DNA of 64,000 nt. It comes from Candidatus Latescibacterota bacterium. GTDB taxonomy: Bacteria > Latescibacterota > UBA2968 > UBA8231. Location: assembly GCA_965203175.1 (NCBI GenBank), contig OZ241867.1, positions 5,920,001 to 5,984,000 on the forward strand, in the 5' to 3' direction. The notes under the pieces were generated by a model, which worked only from the letters and a program-made list of their open reading frames with translations, made no database searches and was not told the DNA's origin. Position numbers and translations under genes: made by a program. Below, piece by piece: positions 48,648 to 58,479 of this stretch (position 1 is the stretch's first letter; the number at the start of each line of letters is the position of its first letter).

Positions 48648-48658
48648 GGTAGGCGACA

Positions 48659-49594
48659 TTGCCTGCAACTCCCCTGCTCATGGACGTCGATACGGGCGTC
48701 GACGACGCCCTCGCCCTGCTTTTGGCCCTGTCCTCGCCCGAGGTTGAGTTGCTGGGCGTCTCCACGGTGGCCGGCAACGTGCCGCTGCAGCGGACCACCG
48801 ACAACACACTGCGCCTGTTGCAATGGGCGGGTCGGGACGACATTCCGGTGCACGCCGGCGCAGAGCGGCCCTTGGTGCGGGACGCGGTCGCCGCGGACGA
48901 CGTACACGGCGCGACCGGTCTAGGCGCGGCCCATCTCCCCGAGGCGCGCACCTCCCCAGCGGGCGACGGGGTGGAATTTCTGCTGAGCACCTTGCAGGCG
49001 CGGCCTGGAGCAGTGACTCTCGTCGCCACCGGACCGTTGACCAACTTGGCGCGAGCCGAAGCACAGGTGCCAGGCGTACTGCGACAGGCGCGTCAAGTGG
49101 TAATCATGGGCGGGGCCGTGCGCGTGTCGGGCAATATCACGCCAACGGCTGAGTTCAATTTCTACGCCGACCCACACGCAGCGCGCCAAGTCCTCGCGTC
49201 CGAGGCCGAGATGGTGCTGGTGGGGCTAGACGTCACCGAGCAGATCTGGCTGGAGCAGGCCGCCTTGCAAGCTTGCACCGGGCCACGCGCGGCGTTTTGC
49301 CGTGCAGCGTGTGAGCCGGTGATAGCCTTCGAGTCCGCGCACTACGGATTTGCCGGCATGCACGTGCACGATCCAGTAGCCTTGGGCGCGGCCCTGTGGC
49401 CGCAGCTTTTTCGCACGCAGCAACTGTGGGTGGATGTGGAGACGACCGGGGAACTAACCGCTGGGCAGGTAATAGTTGACCAGCGCGCCTTGGCGAGCGA
49501 TCAAGAGCGGCTGGGGCGGCCCGTAGCGTGCGCGATGGACGTGGAACAGGCCCGCTTTCTCGAACTATTCACCGAACGCGTACTACAGAATTAG
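48659..49594 (+). CDS. Inosine/uridine-preferring nucleoside hydrolase
   Basis: DVDTGVDD, TGPLTN, AEFNFYADPHAA and HDP motifs. Confidence 0.93.
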   Translation: MPATPLLMDVDTGVDDALALLLALSSPEVELLGVSTVAGNVPLQRTTDNTLRLLQWAGRDDIPVHAGAERPLVRDAVAADDVHGATGLGAAHLPEARTSPAGDGVEFLLSTLQARPGAVTLVATGPLTNLARAEAQVPGVLRQARQVVIMGGAVRVSGNITPTAEFNFYADPHAARQVLASEAEMVLVGLDVTEQIWLEQAALQACTGPRAAFCRAACEPVIAFESAHYGFAGMHVHDPVALGAALWPQLFRTQQLWVDVETTGELTAGQVIVDQRALASDQERLGRPVACAMDVEQARFLELFTERVLQN

Positions 49595-50742
49595 ACCGCG
49601 TCTTGGCGGCCTAAAAAAAGCGGCAGCGGGCACCACTGTTCTAGTGGAGCGGCCGCAGCAGGCAGGGGCAACACAAGCGAGGGCGGCAAGGGGCCACAAA
49701 GCAAGCGCATAGCCGTGAAAGTGTCCATCTGCAGCGCGGGCGCGGCCTCGGTGCGAATGCACTGCGCGTCGTTGTCTCGTACTTCCAGCGCAATCCGACC
49801 GTAGTCCGCAATCTCCACGACGACCGCTCCATCCATCAGGGGCACCAGCGCGGCGCGCGTCTTGAGCAAGGCGTCGAGCGTCGCCGCCCAATCGAAAATC
49901 TGCCAATTGCCCGAACTCGATGCGCTCACACCTTCGCAGAGCTGGGCCAGCTTGGGTAAGAGGCGGCTCCAAGGCGACAACTCGAAACTAGTAGTCCCAT
50001 GGCGCTGCACCCAAGCAGCAGCTATGTCCAGCTCCGGCTCACCTTCATTGACAGCCAACAGTTCAGTGACGCACGTCCGATCGGCCTGGGCCACGAGATA
50101 GCCGATCATGCGGCCGTCGCGCGAGCGAGCCACGTAGGGCCGGTGCCCCCAACTCAGGAGCAAGTTGTAGAAGCGATGCGGAGCGCGCACCCCGCGAAAC
50201 GGCTGGGCGTCGTGCAGACCGATCACGCCTTGCAGGTGCGTGCGATCCTCGCGTTCAAGCGGAAGAAAGTCGATCCCGAAATCGGCTGACCCCAAGGCGT
50301 GGCGCACATTGGTTTGGCTCAGCGTAAGCCGGTAGTACACGCCGCACTTCTCGTAGCCAGAATAGCCGTAGCGCTGGCGCTGCCCCCCCAACCAAGACAG
50401 GTGAAAACCCTCTGCGGGCGCGGCTTGGACGCAATGGGTCATGAGCTGCTGCATATAGCCCCGACCACGGGCATGCGGATGGCAGGAAACGCCGCCGATG
50501 CCGGCCACGCGCAGAGTCGCACCTCCCCATCGGCAATCGAGAGGAAACAACCCGACGATGGCGCGGATGCGGCCGCTTTCGCGCAAGGCAAAGTTCCAAC
50601 TCATCTCCTCTTCCCCGCGCCGATACAGGGCCGGCAAAATGGCCTCAAAATCCCGGGGCGGCGCTTTGCCAAAGGCGAGATTGAGGACGTCGAGGGCCTC
50701 TTCAAAATCCTCGGCGTGCAGTCGGCTAATGGCAGTGGACAC
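49591..50742 (-). CDS. GNAT acetyltransferase (Eis-like)
   Basis: GIGGVSCHP.ARGRGYM and RYGYSGYE motifs. Confidence 0.82.
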   Translation of the reverse strand: MSTAISRLHAEDFEEALDVLNLAFGKAPPRDFEAILPALYRRGEEEMSWNFALRESGRIRAIVGLFPLDCRWGGATLRVAGIGGVSCHPHARGRGYMQQLMTHCVQAAPAEGFHLSWLGGQRQRYGYSGYEKCGVYYRLTLSQTNVRHALGSADFGIDFLPLEREDRTHLQGVIGLHDAQPFRGVRAPHRFYNLLLSWGHRPYVARSRDGRMIGYLVAQADRTCVTELLAVNEGEPELDIAAAWVQRHGTTSFELSPWSRLLPKLAQLCEGVSASSSGNWQIFDWAATLDALLKTRAALVPLMDGAVVVEIADYGRIALEVRDNDAQCIRTEAAPALQMDTFTAMRLLCGPLPPSLVLPLPAAAAPLEQWCPLPLFLGRQDAV

Positions 50743-50747
50743 GATGC

Positions 50748-51290
50748 CTAGGCCGTCGGCTGGAGGCGGTCGGCAAACTTCTGGCGGAACGCCTGCATCT
50801 TGGGATCAATGACTATCGCGCAGTAGGGCTGGTTGGGATTGAGCCGGTAGTAGTTTTGGTGATAATCCTCGGCCGGCCAAAAGGCGCTGGCGGGCGCGAT
50901 CTCGGTCACAATCGGATCGGCCCATAGGTCGCTCGCGTCCGCAGTGGCTTTGGAGGCGACAGCCGCCGCTTGCTGCTCGGGGCTGTGGTAGAAAATTACC
51001 GAGCGGTACTGAGTGCCGCGGTCCGCGCCCTGGCGATTGAGCGTGGTCGGGTCGTGCGTGCGCCAGAAGATGTAAAGCACATCGTCAAAGCTAATAACCT
51101 CGGGATCAAATTGCAGTTGTACGACCTCGGCGTGGCCAGTCTGGCCGCTGCAAACAGCCTCGTACGTAGGGTGGTCCAACGCGCCGCCCATATAGCCGGA
51201 GACCGCGCTGGCAACCCCCCGCAGATCTTGGTACACGGCTTCGACGCACCAGAAGCAACCCGCGCCCAAGGTTGTAGTTTCCAAACTCAT
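50748..51290 (-). CDS. msrA: Peptide-methionine (S)-S-oxide reductase
   Basis: GCFWC, GHAE, HDPTTLNRQG, QYRS and AEDYHQ.Y motifs. Confidence 0.97.
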   Translation of the reverse strand: MSLETTTLGAGCFWCVEAVYQDLRGVASAVSGYMGGALDHPTYEAVCSGQTGHAEVVQLQFDPEVISFDDVLYIFWRTHDPTTLNRQGADRGTQYRSVIFYHSPEQQAAAVASKATADASDLWADPIVTEIAPASAFWPAEDYHQNYYRLNPNQPYCAIVIDPKMQAFRQKFADRLQPTA

Positions 51291-51487
51291 GCTCCATCCT
51301 CCATCCACTGCTTGTATTGCCGCCACGTGCCCCCCTTCGGGTACTTTTCTATGGTGCGGTGGACCCGCTCGTGGGCCCGGTGGTTGTCCTCGACGAGGCG
51401 GCCGAGGCCGCGGCCGTGGGCCCGGTGGACGAACCAGAAAACTAGCGCAAAGAAAATCAGGTACAACCCTTTGCCAAAGTATTCCAT
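51287..51487 (-). CDS. Small single-TM hypothetical protein
   Basis: GGAGG RBS; TM helix; stop overlaps the msrA start (ATGA). Confidence 0.55.
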   Translation of the reverse strand: MEYFGKGLYLIFFALVFWFVHRAHGRGLGRLVEDNHRAHERVHRTIEKYPKGGTWRQYKQWMEDGA

Positions 51488-51597
51488 AGCATCCTCCAAA
51501 TGACTTTAAGGTAGGAACCTCCGTGCTCCCCGGCAACGCGCACCGCTTGACCGGCGCAGGCGGTCGCTTACCTTGAAACGCAGAAAGGAGACAACGC

Positions 51598-52521
51598 ATG
51601 CTGTACAGAGCATTTGGCCGGACGGGCTGGCAGGTCTCGGCCATCGGTTTGGGAACTTGGAACATCGGCAACCAATGGGGGCCTATCGACGAGGCCACCG
51701 CATGGGATACTGTGCGTACGTCCTTTGACTGCGGCGTCAATCTCTTCGACGCGGCCGAATCCTACGGCACGCCCAACGGGCTGTCTGAGGAGCGGTTGGG
51801 ACGCGCCTTGGCCGGCATCCGGCACCAAGTTTTTGTAGTCAGCAAAATCGGCAATTGGGGAGCGCGCACCGGACAGGGCGTGCCCAAAACCACGGTCGAT
51901 ATGATCCGCCTGTGCGCCCACGCCTCCCTACACCGGCTGCGCAGCGACTGGCACGATGTGCTGCTGTGCCACGAAGGCAACATCGACGATCCGTCGATCT
52001 ACTTGGATGCCTTTGCCGCGCTCGTCGAGGAAGGACGGCTGCGGGCCTTTGGCATTTCGACCGATAGCCTAGAAGTGCTCCAGCGCTTCAACGCCCGAGG
52101 GAACTGCTCGGTGGTGGAAATAGACTATTCGCTGGTCAACCTCCAGGCCGAAGCCGAGCTTTTGCCCTATTGCCAAGAGCACGGCATTGCCGTACTGGTG
52201 CGGGGGCCGCTGGCCAAAGGGCTTTTGTCTGGCCGTTACACCAAGGAGTCGGTTTTTACCGACGAAATTCGGCAGTCCTTCAACACCGGCGAGTCGCAGC
52301 GCGCAGAATTCGAGGCCAAGCTGGCGCAAGTCGAGCGCCTCGCCGAAATCGCCGCGCCCGGAGAAGCTATAGTGGAAAAAGCCCTCCAGTACATCATTTC
52401 CCATCCAGCCGCGCCAGTGGCCATCCCCGGTGCCAAGTCAGCGGCCCAAGCCCGCGCCAACGCCGCAGCCGGAGCGCAACTTTTGCCCACCGAGGAATTA
52501 GAAAAGTTGCGGGGAATATGA
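51598..52521 (+). CDS. Aldo/keto reductase
   Basis: FGRTG..VSAIGLG, FDAAESYG, PLAKGLLSG and IPGAK motifs. Confidence 0.9.
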   Translation: MLYRAFGRTGWQVSAIGLGTWNIGNQWGPIDEATAWDTVRTSFDCGVNLFDAAESYGTPNGLSEERLGRALAGIRHQVFVVSKIGNWGARTGQGVPKTTVDMIRLCAHASLHRLRSDWHDVLLCHEGNIDDPSIYLDAFAALVEEGRLRAFGISTDSLEVLQRFNARGNCSVVEIDYSLVNLQAEAELLPYCQEHGIAVLVRGPLAKGLLSGRYTKESVFTDEIRQSFNTGESQRAEFEAKLAQVERLAEIAAPGEAIVEKALQYIISHPAAPVAIPGAKSAAQARANAAAGAQLLPTEELEKLRGI

Positions 52522-52567
52522 ATTATCGACGCAAAAGTACGTATACTATCGCAAAGAGGAGAATCCC

Positions 52568-53428
52568 ATGACCTTAGTAGGCAGCGGAGCATTCACCTAT
52601 GAAGTGCAGCAGGATTGGTTCGAGTTGCCGGAGGGCTGGCGCTTTGGCTGGGTTCCGGCCGTGGCCTGCGATTCCGAGGATCGGGTCTATGTGTACAGCC
52701 GCAGCGAGCGTCCCATGGTCGTCTTCGACAGCGAGGGACGCTTCGTCGCCTCGTGGGGCGAAGAGGTGTTGCAGGACGCCCATGGCATCTTTATCGACGA
52801 GCGCGACCAAATCTGGTGCGTCGAGCGCGAAACCCACTGCGTGCGCCAGTTCACCCGCGACGGCGAGTTGCTGCTGACCTTGGGAACGCCAGACCAAGAA
52901 GGTGCAGACGGCCAGCCCTTCCGGCTGCCTACTGACTTGGCACTCGACGCCGACGGCTACATCTACGTGTCCGACGGCTATGGCAACACCTGCATCCACA
53001 AGTATTCACCCAACGGCGAATTCATCAAGACCTGGGGCCGTCCCGGCACTGGCCCAGGGGAGTTCGATCTGCCCCACTGCGTGCGCGTGGACCAGCGCGG
53101 ACGGCTAATGGTGGCCGACCGCGCCAACAACCGCATCCAATTCTTCGACCTCGACGGCAATTATCTAGAGGAGTGGGGCGGCTTCCACCATCCCGATACG
53201 ATTTTTCTCGACGGGGATACGGTCTATGTCGCGGAACTCGACCAGCGGGTGAGCATTCTTAACCTCGACGGCGAATGGCTCGCGCAGTGGGGATCGGGCG
53301 AGCGCAGCGACCAACTCGGGGAATTCCTCGGCTGTCCCCACGGCATCTGGATGGATTCCCGCGGCGACCTGTACGTGGGTGAAGTGCAGGCCGACCACCG
53401 CATCCAGAAGTTTGTGCGGCAAACCTAA
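52568..53428 (+). CDS. NHL-repeat beta-propeller (PAL-like)
   Basis: YVSDGYGN, PGEFDLPH, VADRANNRIQ and PHGIW motifs. Confidence 0.85.
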   Translation: MTLVGSGAFTYEVQQDWFELPEGWRFGWVPAVACDSEDRVYVYSRSERPMVVFDSEGRFVASWGEEVLQDAHGIFIDERDQIWCVERETHCVRQFTRDGELLLTLGTPDQEGADGQPFRLPTDLALDADGYIYVSDGYGNTCIHKYSPNGEFIKTWGRPGTGPGEFDLPHCVRVDQRGRLMVADRANNRIQFFDLDGNYLEEWGGFHHPDTIFLDGDTVYVAELDQRVSILNLDGEWLAQWGSGERSDQLGEFLGCPHGIWMDSRGDLYVGEVQADHRIQKFVRQT

Positions 53429-53439
53429 GGAGGTTGGTT

Positions 53440-54468
53440 ATGAACAAACCTTTGTTGCACTTGGCAACTTTAGCGGTCTTGGGAGCCTCTGCCCTAGACG
53501 CCCAAGCCCAGCAAGTAGGCGATCCGGCCCCTGATTTCCTCTTAGACCGGCTCGACGGCGGCCAAGCCGCCCTGAGCGACTTCGAGGGCCAAGTCGTGCT
53601 GATTTTCTTTTTGGGCTATAGCTGACCGGTCTGTCTCTCGCGTGCCGAGAGTTTCGAAGAAATCTGGCAGGAATTTGCCGACGAGCGCTTTGTCGCCTTG
53701 GGTGCCGATACGTGGGACGGCACCGCGGAACAAGTGCGCACCCGCTGGCGCTTGGGCAAGGGCGTGACTATGCCCTTCCTGCTCAACGCCGGCCGGATGG
53801 CAACCGATTTTGGGCAAACCTACCAGACCTTTACCATCATCGACCACGAAGGCTTCATCCGCTTCAAGACCACTTCCCTGATACCCATGGACGAACTCCG
53901 CGACGAGGTGCTGCTGGCGCTGGATGATCTGCCTCCCTTAGAGGAGGAAACGGAGGAAACAGTCGAAACAGAGGAAGTAGTCGAAACAGTCGAAACAGTC
54001 GAAACAGAGGAAGCAGTCGAAACAGTCGAAATAGTCGAAACGGAGGAAACAGTCGAAACAGTCGAAATAGTCGAAGCGGCCGACATCCAGAACATGTTCG
54101 ACAGCTTCGATACGGAAGCGGAGGAAGGGGAGGAAACAGAGGAAGGGGTGGAGACGGCGGTGGAGACGTTTGATCAAGCCTCCGTCCCCCAAGCCTTTTC
54201 GCTAGCGCAGAACGCGCCCAATCCGTTCAACAGCGAGACGGTGATCCGCTTTGCGCTGCCGCAGCCGAGCCAAGTCGAGTTGACAATCTACAATCTGCTC
54301 GGCCAGCCAGTAGCCGTACTCGTACAGGAACCTAGCGCGGCCGGGACGTTTTCCGTGCGCTGGGACGGCCGCGATCAAGCAGGGCGAGCGGTAACTAGCG
54401 GAGTGTACCTCTACCAGTTGCGAGCCGGTGAGCACACACAAGTCCGCAAGATGCTGCTGCTTAGGTGA
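53440..54468 (+). CDS. Secreted selenoprotein redoxin (UxxC) with acidic linker and FlgD-type C-terminal domain; UGA at 53623-53625 read as Sec
   Basis: ORFs 53434-53625 and 53698-54468 are in frame across one TGA: VGDPAPDF...IFFLGYS-U-PVC; hairpin downstream; APNPFN...WDG...SGVYLY C-terminus. Confidence 0.82.
53635..53651 (+). promoter_or_regulatory. Candidate bacterial SECIS hairpin
   Basis: CTCTCG-cgtgc-CGAGAG starting 9 nt after the in-frame UGA, with G in the apical loop. Confidence 0.6.
53941..54075 (+). repeat. 9-bp coding tandem repeat (GAAACAGTC variants; ETV/ETE/EIV units)
   Basis: Visible GTCGAAACA periodicity. Confidence 0.9.
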
Positions 54469-54470
54469 GA

Positions 54471-55994
54471 TCAAAAGAAGCGGTTGAGCAACCGGACTTC
54501 GACGCCCTTAAACCCTAGTACCTCGTAGCAGATGCCGGCCGTGCAGGCTAGCCCCGAGCGACGCTGGCCGGCGAAAACATTGAGGATGTGGCCTTCGCCA
54601 ATGTCGGCACCGATGTTGAGACCCCGCCACCAAGTGATGCCAGAGGGATCGGCCCCGGTTTCCAACTCGTCGGAGGTGCGCTGGACCTGCACGGCGGCAG
54701 AGAGGCCGGGGGCGCGGTGGATCGCTAAGGCATAGTAGTGATTGGTATAAGGAAGTGCGAAGTCGCCGAACCGCCGATCAACATCTTGGAATTGGGCGTC
54801 GAGTTCAAAGGTGTATAACCCATCTGGAAACCATTCCCAATGTGTGCCCAAAAGACGGCTTTTGTCGTCGAGGAGAATCCGATTGTGGTTGAAATCGGCA
54901 AAAAGCTGCACATCGGCGCTTTGCCCCAAGGGCGAATCCATCTGCACAAAGAATTCGCGCAGGACGTTGTCGTCGGCTGCGCCTAGATCGCGGCGGCGCG
55001 TGGCGCGGGTCGCATTGGCGGTAAGGGTCTGACCGCTGGGTAAGACATAACTTAGTTCGGCTTGGTAGCCCTGCTCGTCGTCGGCGAGCACGTCGTGCGT
55101 GATGCGGTTGAGGAGATAGGCCGAGTGCTCGCGGATCAAGGGCGGAGGATTGTTGATGTGTTCAAGGGCAAAGTCCTCGTAGTCTTTGTATTCCAAGCTC
55201 AAGCCCCACGCCCCAAACGCCAAGGTGGTCGCCAGGTACAGGGCGCGGCCCAAATCGCGGTCGAGCGAAAAGAAGCGATCGAACGCCACATCGCGCTGAG
55301 CGTACTCACCTTGGATATCGGCATAGACTCCGGTGAGGCCGAGGCGCGCCAGCAAAGGCTCAAACCGCCAGCGGGCATTGAAGGCCGCGGCCGTTTCTTC
55401 CCGCCTGCCGACGGGGTAGCGGACGGCGCTAACACCAACGTCGAAATGCGGGTGCGGCTTGAGCTGGAGCGAGCCAGCGTGGAGCGCGTCTGGTCGGCGG
55501 TCAACCCCCTCCAAACCGGGCGGCAGGGCACTGTTGATCGGTGCGCCGCGCAACAGCAGCACTTCGGCCCGCTTGGCGCGGTAGCGCATCTGAACGCCGT
55601 CGAGATCGCGCACAATCTGGTAGCGACGGCGGCTGCCCCGCGACTCGGTGACGACGCCGGGCAACTCAAAGGCGTGGAGGAGCAGGCCGCTGCCGACGAT
55701 GGTATAGAAATTGCCAATAGTGGCTTCAAAGCCACTCCGGCGGTAGGAAGCGGAGCGCTGGAGAAGCTGGCCGTAGTTGCGGCTGTCAGCACTAGTGCCA
55801 AAAGTCTCGCCGCGAACCCCAACCCGAAAATCAGCGAGAGCATAGTCGAGACTGAACTGGTGGTAAATCGTCCGCAAATCGCTGGGCTGCGCGCCGGGCA
55901 GATTGCCGACCTGGCCTTCGGTCAGAGCCGAAAGATTCCACTCGGCCTGGAGGGGAGCGGCCAGCAACATTACAAATGCGGGAACGAAGCGCAT
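54471..55994 (-). CDS. Probable outer-membrane beta-barrel protein, DUF6029-like
   Basis: Signal peptide; GNFY...GSGLLL; EYKDY; C-terminal GQRRSGLACTAGIC; terminal Phe. Confidence 0.65.
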   Translation of the reverse strand: MRFVPAFVMLLAAPLQAEWNLSALTEGQVGNLPGAQPSDLRTIYHQFSLDYALADFRVGVRGETFGTSADSRNYGQLLQRSASYRRSGFEATIGNFYTIVGSGLLLHAFELPGVVTESRGSRRRYQIVRDLDGVQMRYRAKRAEVLLLRGAPINSALPPGLEGVDRRPDALHAGSLQLKPHPHFDVGVSAVRYPVGRREETAAAFNARWRFEPLLARLGLTGVYADIQGEYAQRDVAFDRFFSLDRDLGRALYLATTLAFGAWGLSLEYKDYEDFALEHINNPPPLIREHSAYLLNRITHDVLADDEQGYQAELSYVLPSGQTLTANATRATRRRDLGAADDNVLREFFVQMDSPLGQSADVQLFADFNHNRILLDDKSRLLGTHWEWFPDGLYTFELDAQFQDVDRRFGDFALPYTNHYYALAIHRAPGLSAAVQVQRTSDELETGADPSGITWWRGLNIGADIGEGHILNVFAGQRRSGLACTAGICYEVLGFKGVEVRLLNRFF

Positions 55995-56029
55995 GACTTG
56001 GTCCTTATAGAAGAAAACGGAGGTCCACA

Positions 56030-56524
56030 ATGAAACCAACTTTCGCATTGGCAACCTGCTTGCTGCTCGTCACCTCGGCTCGCGCCGAAAAGGCACCGCA
56101 GCTCGTGCTGGAAAATCTCGACGGCTCGACCTTTTCGCTAGTGGAGGCGCTCAAAAAAGGACCGGTGGTCTTCGACTTCTGGGCGACTTGGTGCAAGCCC
56201 TGTATCAAAAGCCTGCCCAAGCTCCAATCCCTCTCCGAAAAATACGCCAAGCGCGGCGTCCAAGTGCTGACGATCAACGTCGATGGCCCGAGAAACCTAC
56301 CCAAGGTGCGGCCCTTTATGCAGCGTCACAAGCTCAAACTGCCGGTCTTGCTCGACAAGACTAACGAGGTGCTCAAGCAGTTCCACCTAGCGGGCGTCCC
56401 AGCGACCTTGATTATTGCGGCCGACGGGACGGTGTGGTACAAGCATCAGGGGTATCGGCCCGGAGACGAGAAAAAGCTCAAGGCCAAACTAGACGAACTA
56501 CTCGGCCCTCCAGAGGACGAATAG
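56030..56524 (+). CDS. TlpA-family thiol-disulfide oxidoreductase
   Basis: Signal peptide; FWATWCKPC and cis-Pro GVP motifs. Confidence 0.93.
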   Translation: MKPTFALATCLLLVTSARAEKAPQLVLENLDGSTFSLVEALKKGPVVFDFWATWCKPCIKSLPKLQSLSEKYAKRGVQVLTINVDGPRNLPKVRPFMQRHKLKLPVLLDKTNEVLKQFHLAGVPATLIIAADGTVWYKHQGYRPGDEKKLKAKLDELLGPPEDE

Positions 56525-56652
56525 GCGATTACTCACGCACCCTTACCCGCGAACGTCTATCTCGTATTGTTTGAATTGGCGTTGAAACCCAGCGTAAAGG
56601 ATTAACGAATCCGCAAAAGGCTCTGCGATTGTCGAGCGGTCGGGGCTTTAAG

Positions 56653-56988
56653 TCAGCAGGGCAGTGCCGCTCGCAGTGCCTGAGTTACCCTCTGCTGGTC
56701 TTCGGCTGTCAAACGCCCCACCGTACCGAGTATGAGTCCGTTGTCCAACGTGAAAAGCTTCATCCGGGCGAGACAGGGTTTGCGCAAGCCGGCTTGGCTC
56801 CACTGCTCGAGGGACACATCGAGATGCCAAGCACTGCGGGCGGCGCCAGTGATCATCATGAGCAGGCTAGAGGCGTTTTTCTGGTTAAAAACAGCATCGG
56901 ACAGAACCAGTGCTTTGCGGCGTTTGGCATGGGGCACATCGCTGAACGGGAAAGGCACATCGACGACGTCAAAGCGGCTACAGATCAT
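56653..56988 (-). CDS. PemK/MazF-family toxin
   Basis: DVVDVPFPFSD...KRRKALVLS and AGL.KP motifs. Confidence 0.9.
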   Translation of the reverse strand: MICSRFDVVDVPFPFSDVPHAKRRKALVLSDAVFNQKNASSLLMMITGAARSAWHLDVSLEQWSQAGLRKPCLARMKLFTLDNGLILGTVGRLTAEDQQRVTQALRAALPC

Positions 56989-57199
56989 CGTCTCCCTCGT
57001 CCTGCCACTCCGTCAAGGTCTGTTCGAGGGCCTTGGCCCACTCTAAGTCGATTTTTGCGGCTTTGCAGATGCTGACCTTATCGCCCTCTACTTGATAGGC
57101 GATGGCGTCCCCCGGATGTAGATCCAGCGAGCGACGAATGGCCACGGGAACTGTGGTCTGGCCTTTGGATGAGATCGTGCTAATTCTGATCGGGTCCAT
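56978..57199 (-). CDS. AbrB/MazE-family antitoxin
   Basis: STISSKGQTTVP.AIR..L.L.PGD motif; overlaps the toxin gene. Confidence 0.9.
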   Translation of the reverse strand: MDPIRISTISSKGQTTVPVAIRRSLDLHPGDAIAYQVEGDKVSICKAAKIDLEWAKALEQTLTEWQDEGDDDL

Positions 57200-57246
57200 A
57201 AGTGGATTGGCTTGGGTAGAGGTAGGGAGAACAAAGGTCTTTACAT

Positions 57247-57262
57247 TCTTTACTAGTAAAGA
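57247..57262. promoter_or_regulatory. Probable TA autoregulatory operator
   Basis: Perfect 16-bp palindrome TCTTTACTAGTAAAGA about 48 nt upstream of the antitoxin ATG. Confidence 0.6.
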
Positions 57263-57445
57263 TAACATTGCTTAGACGGCTCGCAAGCATTGATGGCTCA
57301 GTGCCTCGATCTATTTCGTAAACCCTACACCCGTAGAAAGTGCCATCGGCAGCAGGCCTAACACCGTCGTCACCGTGATCATAGCTATGGGCCGAAGCCG
57401 CTTGCGGCCCGCTTCGACTATGGGCCTACTTCGCAACCGCCCCCA

Positions 57446-58459
57446 CTATCCCTGTTTGACAAAGGTGATCCACAGCGGGCTGGTCCCTACTTCGTGTTGC
57501 TCCAAGGGCGTCAACTCACCCGTAGCCGCGTCAATGCGGTACGAACGGAGCCGTCCCGATCCCTGGCCAGCCGAATAGACAAAGCGGCCATTCGGATCCA
57601 ACTCGAAAAAGCGGGGCGTAGCCTCAGTGGGATAGCGTCCTTTGGCCGTCAGCCGCCCATCGTCGCCAATGGCGAAAAGGGCCAAGGAATCGTGGCCGCG
57701 ATTGGACCCGTAGAGAAACTGGCCGTCGGGCGTGATCTTTATTTCGGCTGTGGTGTTGTCCTCGTTGTTAAATCCCTCCGGCAGAGTCGAGATGACCTGA
57801 AACGACGACAGCGTCCCAGCCTCCGGGTCGAAGTGGTGAGCCGACACCGTGCTGCCGTCTTCGTTGACCGAATAGAGAAGGTCGCGGGTCGGGTGGAAGG
57901 CAAAGTGGCGCGGGCCTTCGGGCGTAGCCGGCTCTATCTTGGGCGGGTCGTTGGGCGTCAGCCGCCCGGTTTGCTCGTCAAAGCAAAACTGAAATATCGC
58001 GTTGGACGGGTTGGTGTGCGGCACAAAGGCAAAGCGGTTCGAGCGGTCGGTCTGGATGCTGTGGGCGCGTATGGCGGTGGGGATCATCTGCAGTGGCTCG
58101 GCCGAAATCGCACCGTCCGCGGCCACGCCGTGCACGCCGACCTGACCCGACCCATAGTACGACGACAGCAAAAAGGCACCACTGTCGTCCAAATACAGAT
58201 AAGGTGGACCTTCCTCTAGACTCGTCTCCGCGAGCTTGACCAGCGTCCCCTTCTCCCCATCAACCGCATAGCTAGCCAGTTTTTGGGCCGAGCGCAGAGC
58301 CACGAACATCTGAGTCCCATCCGGGCGCACAGTCACCGCCCCAGGAGAGTCCTCCAACTCGATATTGGGTTGCGGCTCTAACGCGCCGGAGTCTTCGTCC
58401 ATCAGGAAATGCGAGAAAAAGTTGCTGCCCGAGTTTGAAATATATACGTGATAGGCCAT
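57446..58459 (-). CDS. pgl: 6-phosphogluconolactonase-like beta-propeller lactonase
   Basis: GPRHFAFHP, FLYGSNRGHDS and TPR.F motifs. Confidence 0.85.
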   Translation of the reverse strand: MAYHVYISNSGSNFFSHFLMDEDSGALEPQPNIELEDSPGAVTVRPDGTQMFVALRSAQKLASYAVDGEKGTLVKLAETSLEEGPPYLYLDDSGAFLLSSYYGSGQVGVHGVAADGAISAEPLQMIPTAIRAHSIQTDRSNRFAFVPHTNPSNAIFQFCFDEQTGRLTPNDPPKIEPATPEGPRHFAFHPTRDLLYSVNEDGSTVSAHHFDPEAGTLSSFQVISTLPEGFNNEDNTTAEIKITPDGQFLYGSNRGHDSLALFAIGDDGRLTAKGRYPTEATPRFFELDPNGRFVYSAGQGSGRLRSYRIDAATGELTPLEQHEVGTSPLWITFVKQG

Positions 58460-58479
58460 GAAAATCTCCTCCAAAGGGG

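Noticed and set aside
50748-51740. 330-aa extended MsrA fusion
   Set aside because: The upstream part is low-complexity and overlaps other genes; the real start is at 51290 with an RBS.
57380-57445. Short repeats/hairpin (CTATGGGCC x2) downstream of the lactonase gene
   Set aside because: Too short and imperfect to assign; possibly a terminator-like structure.
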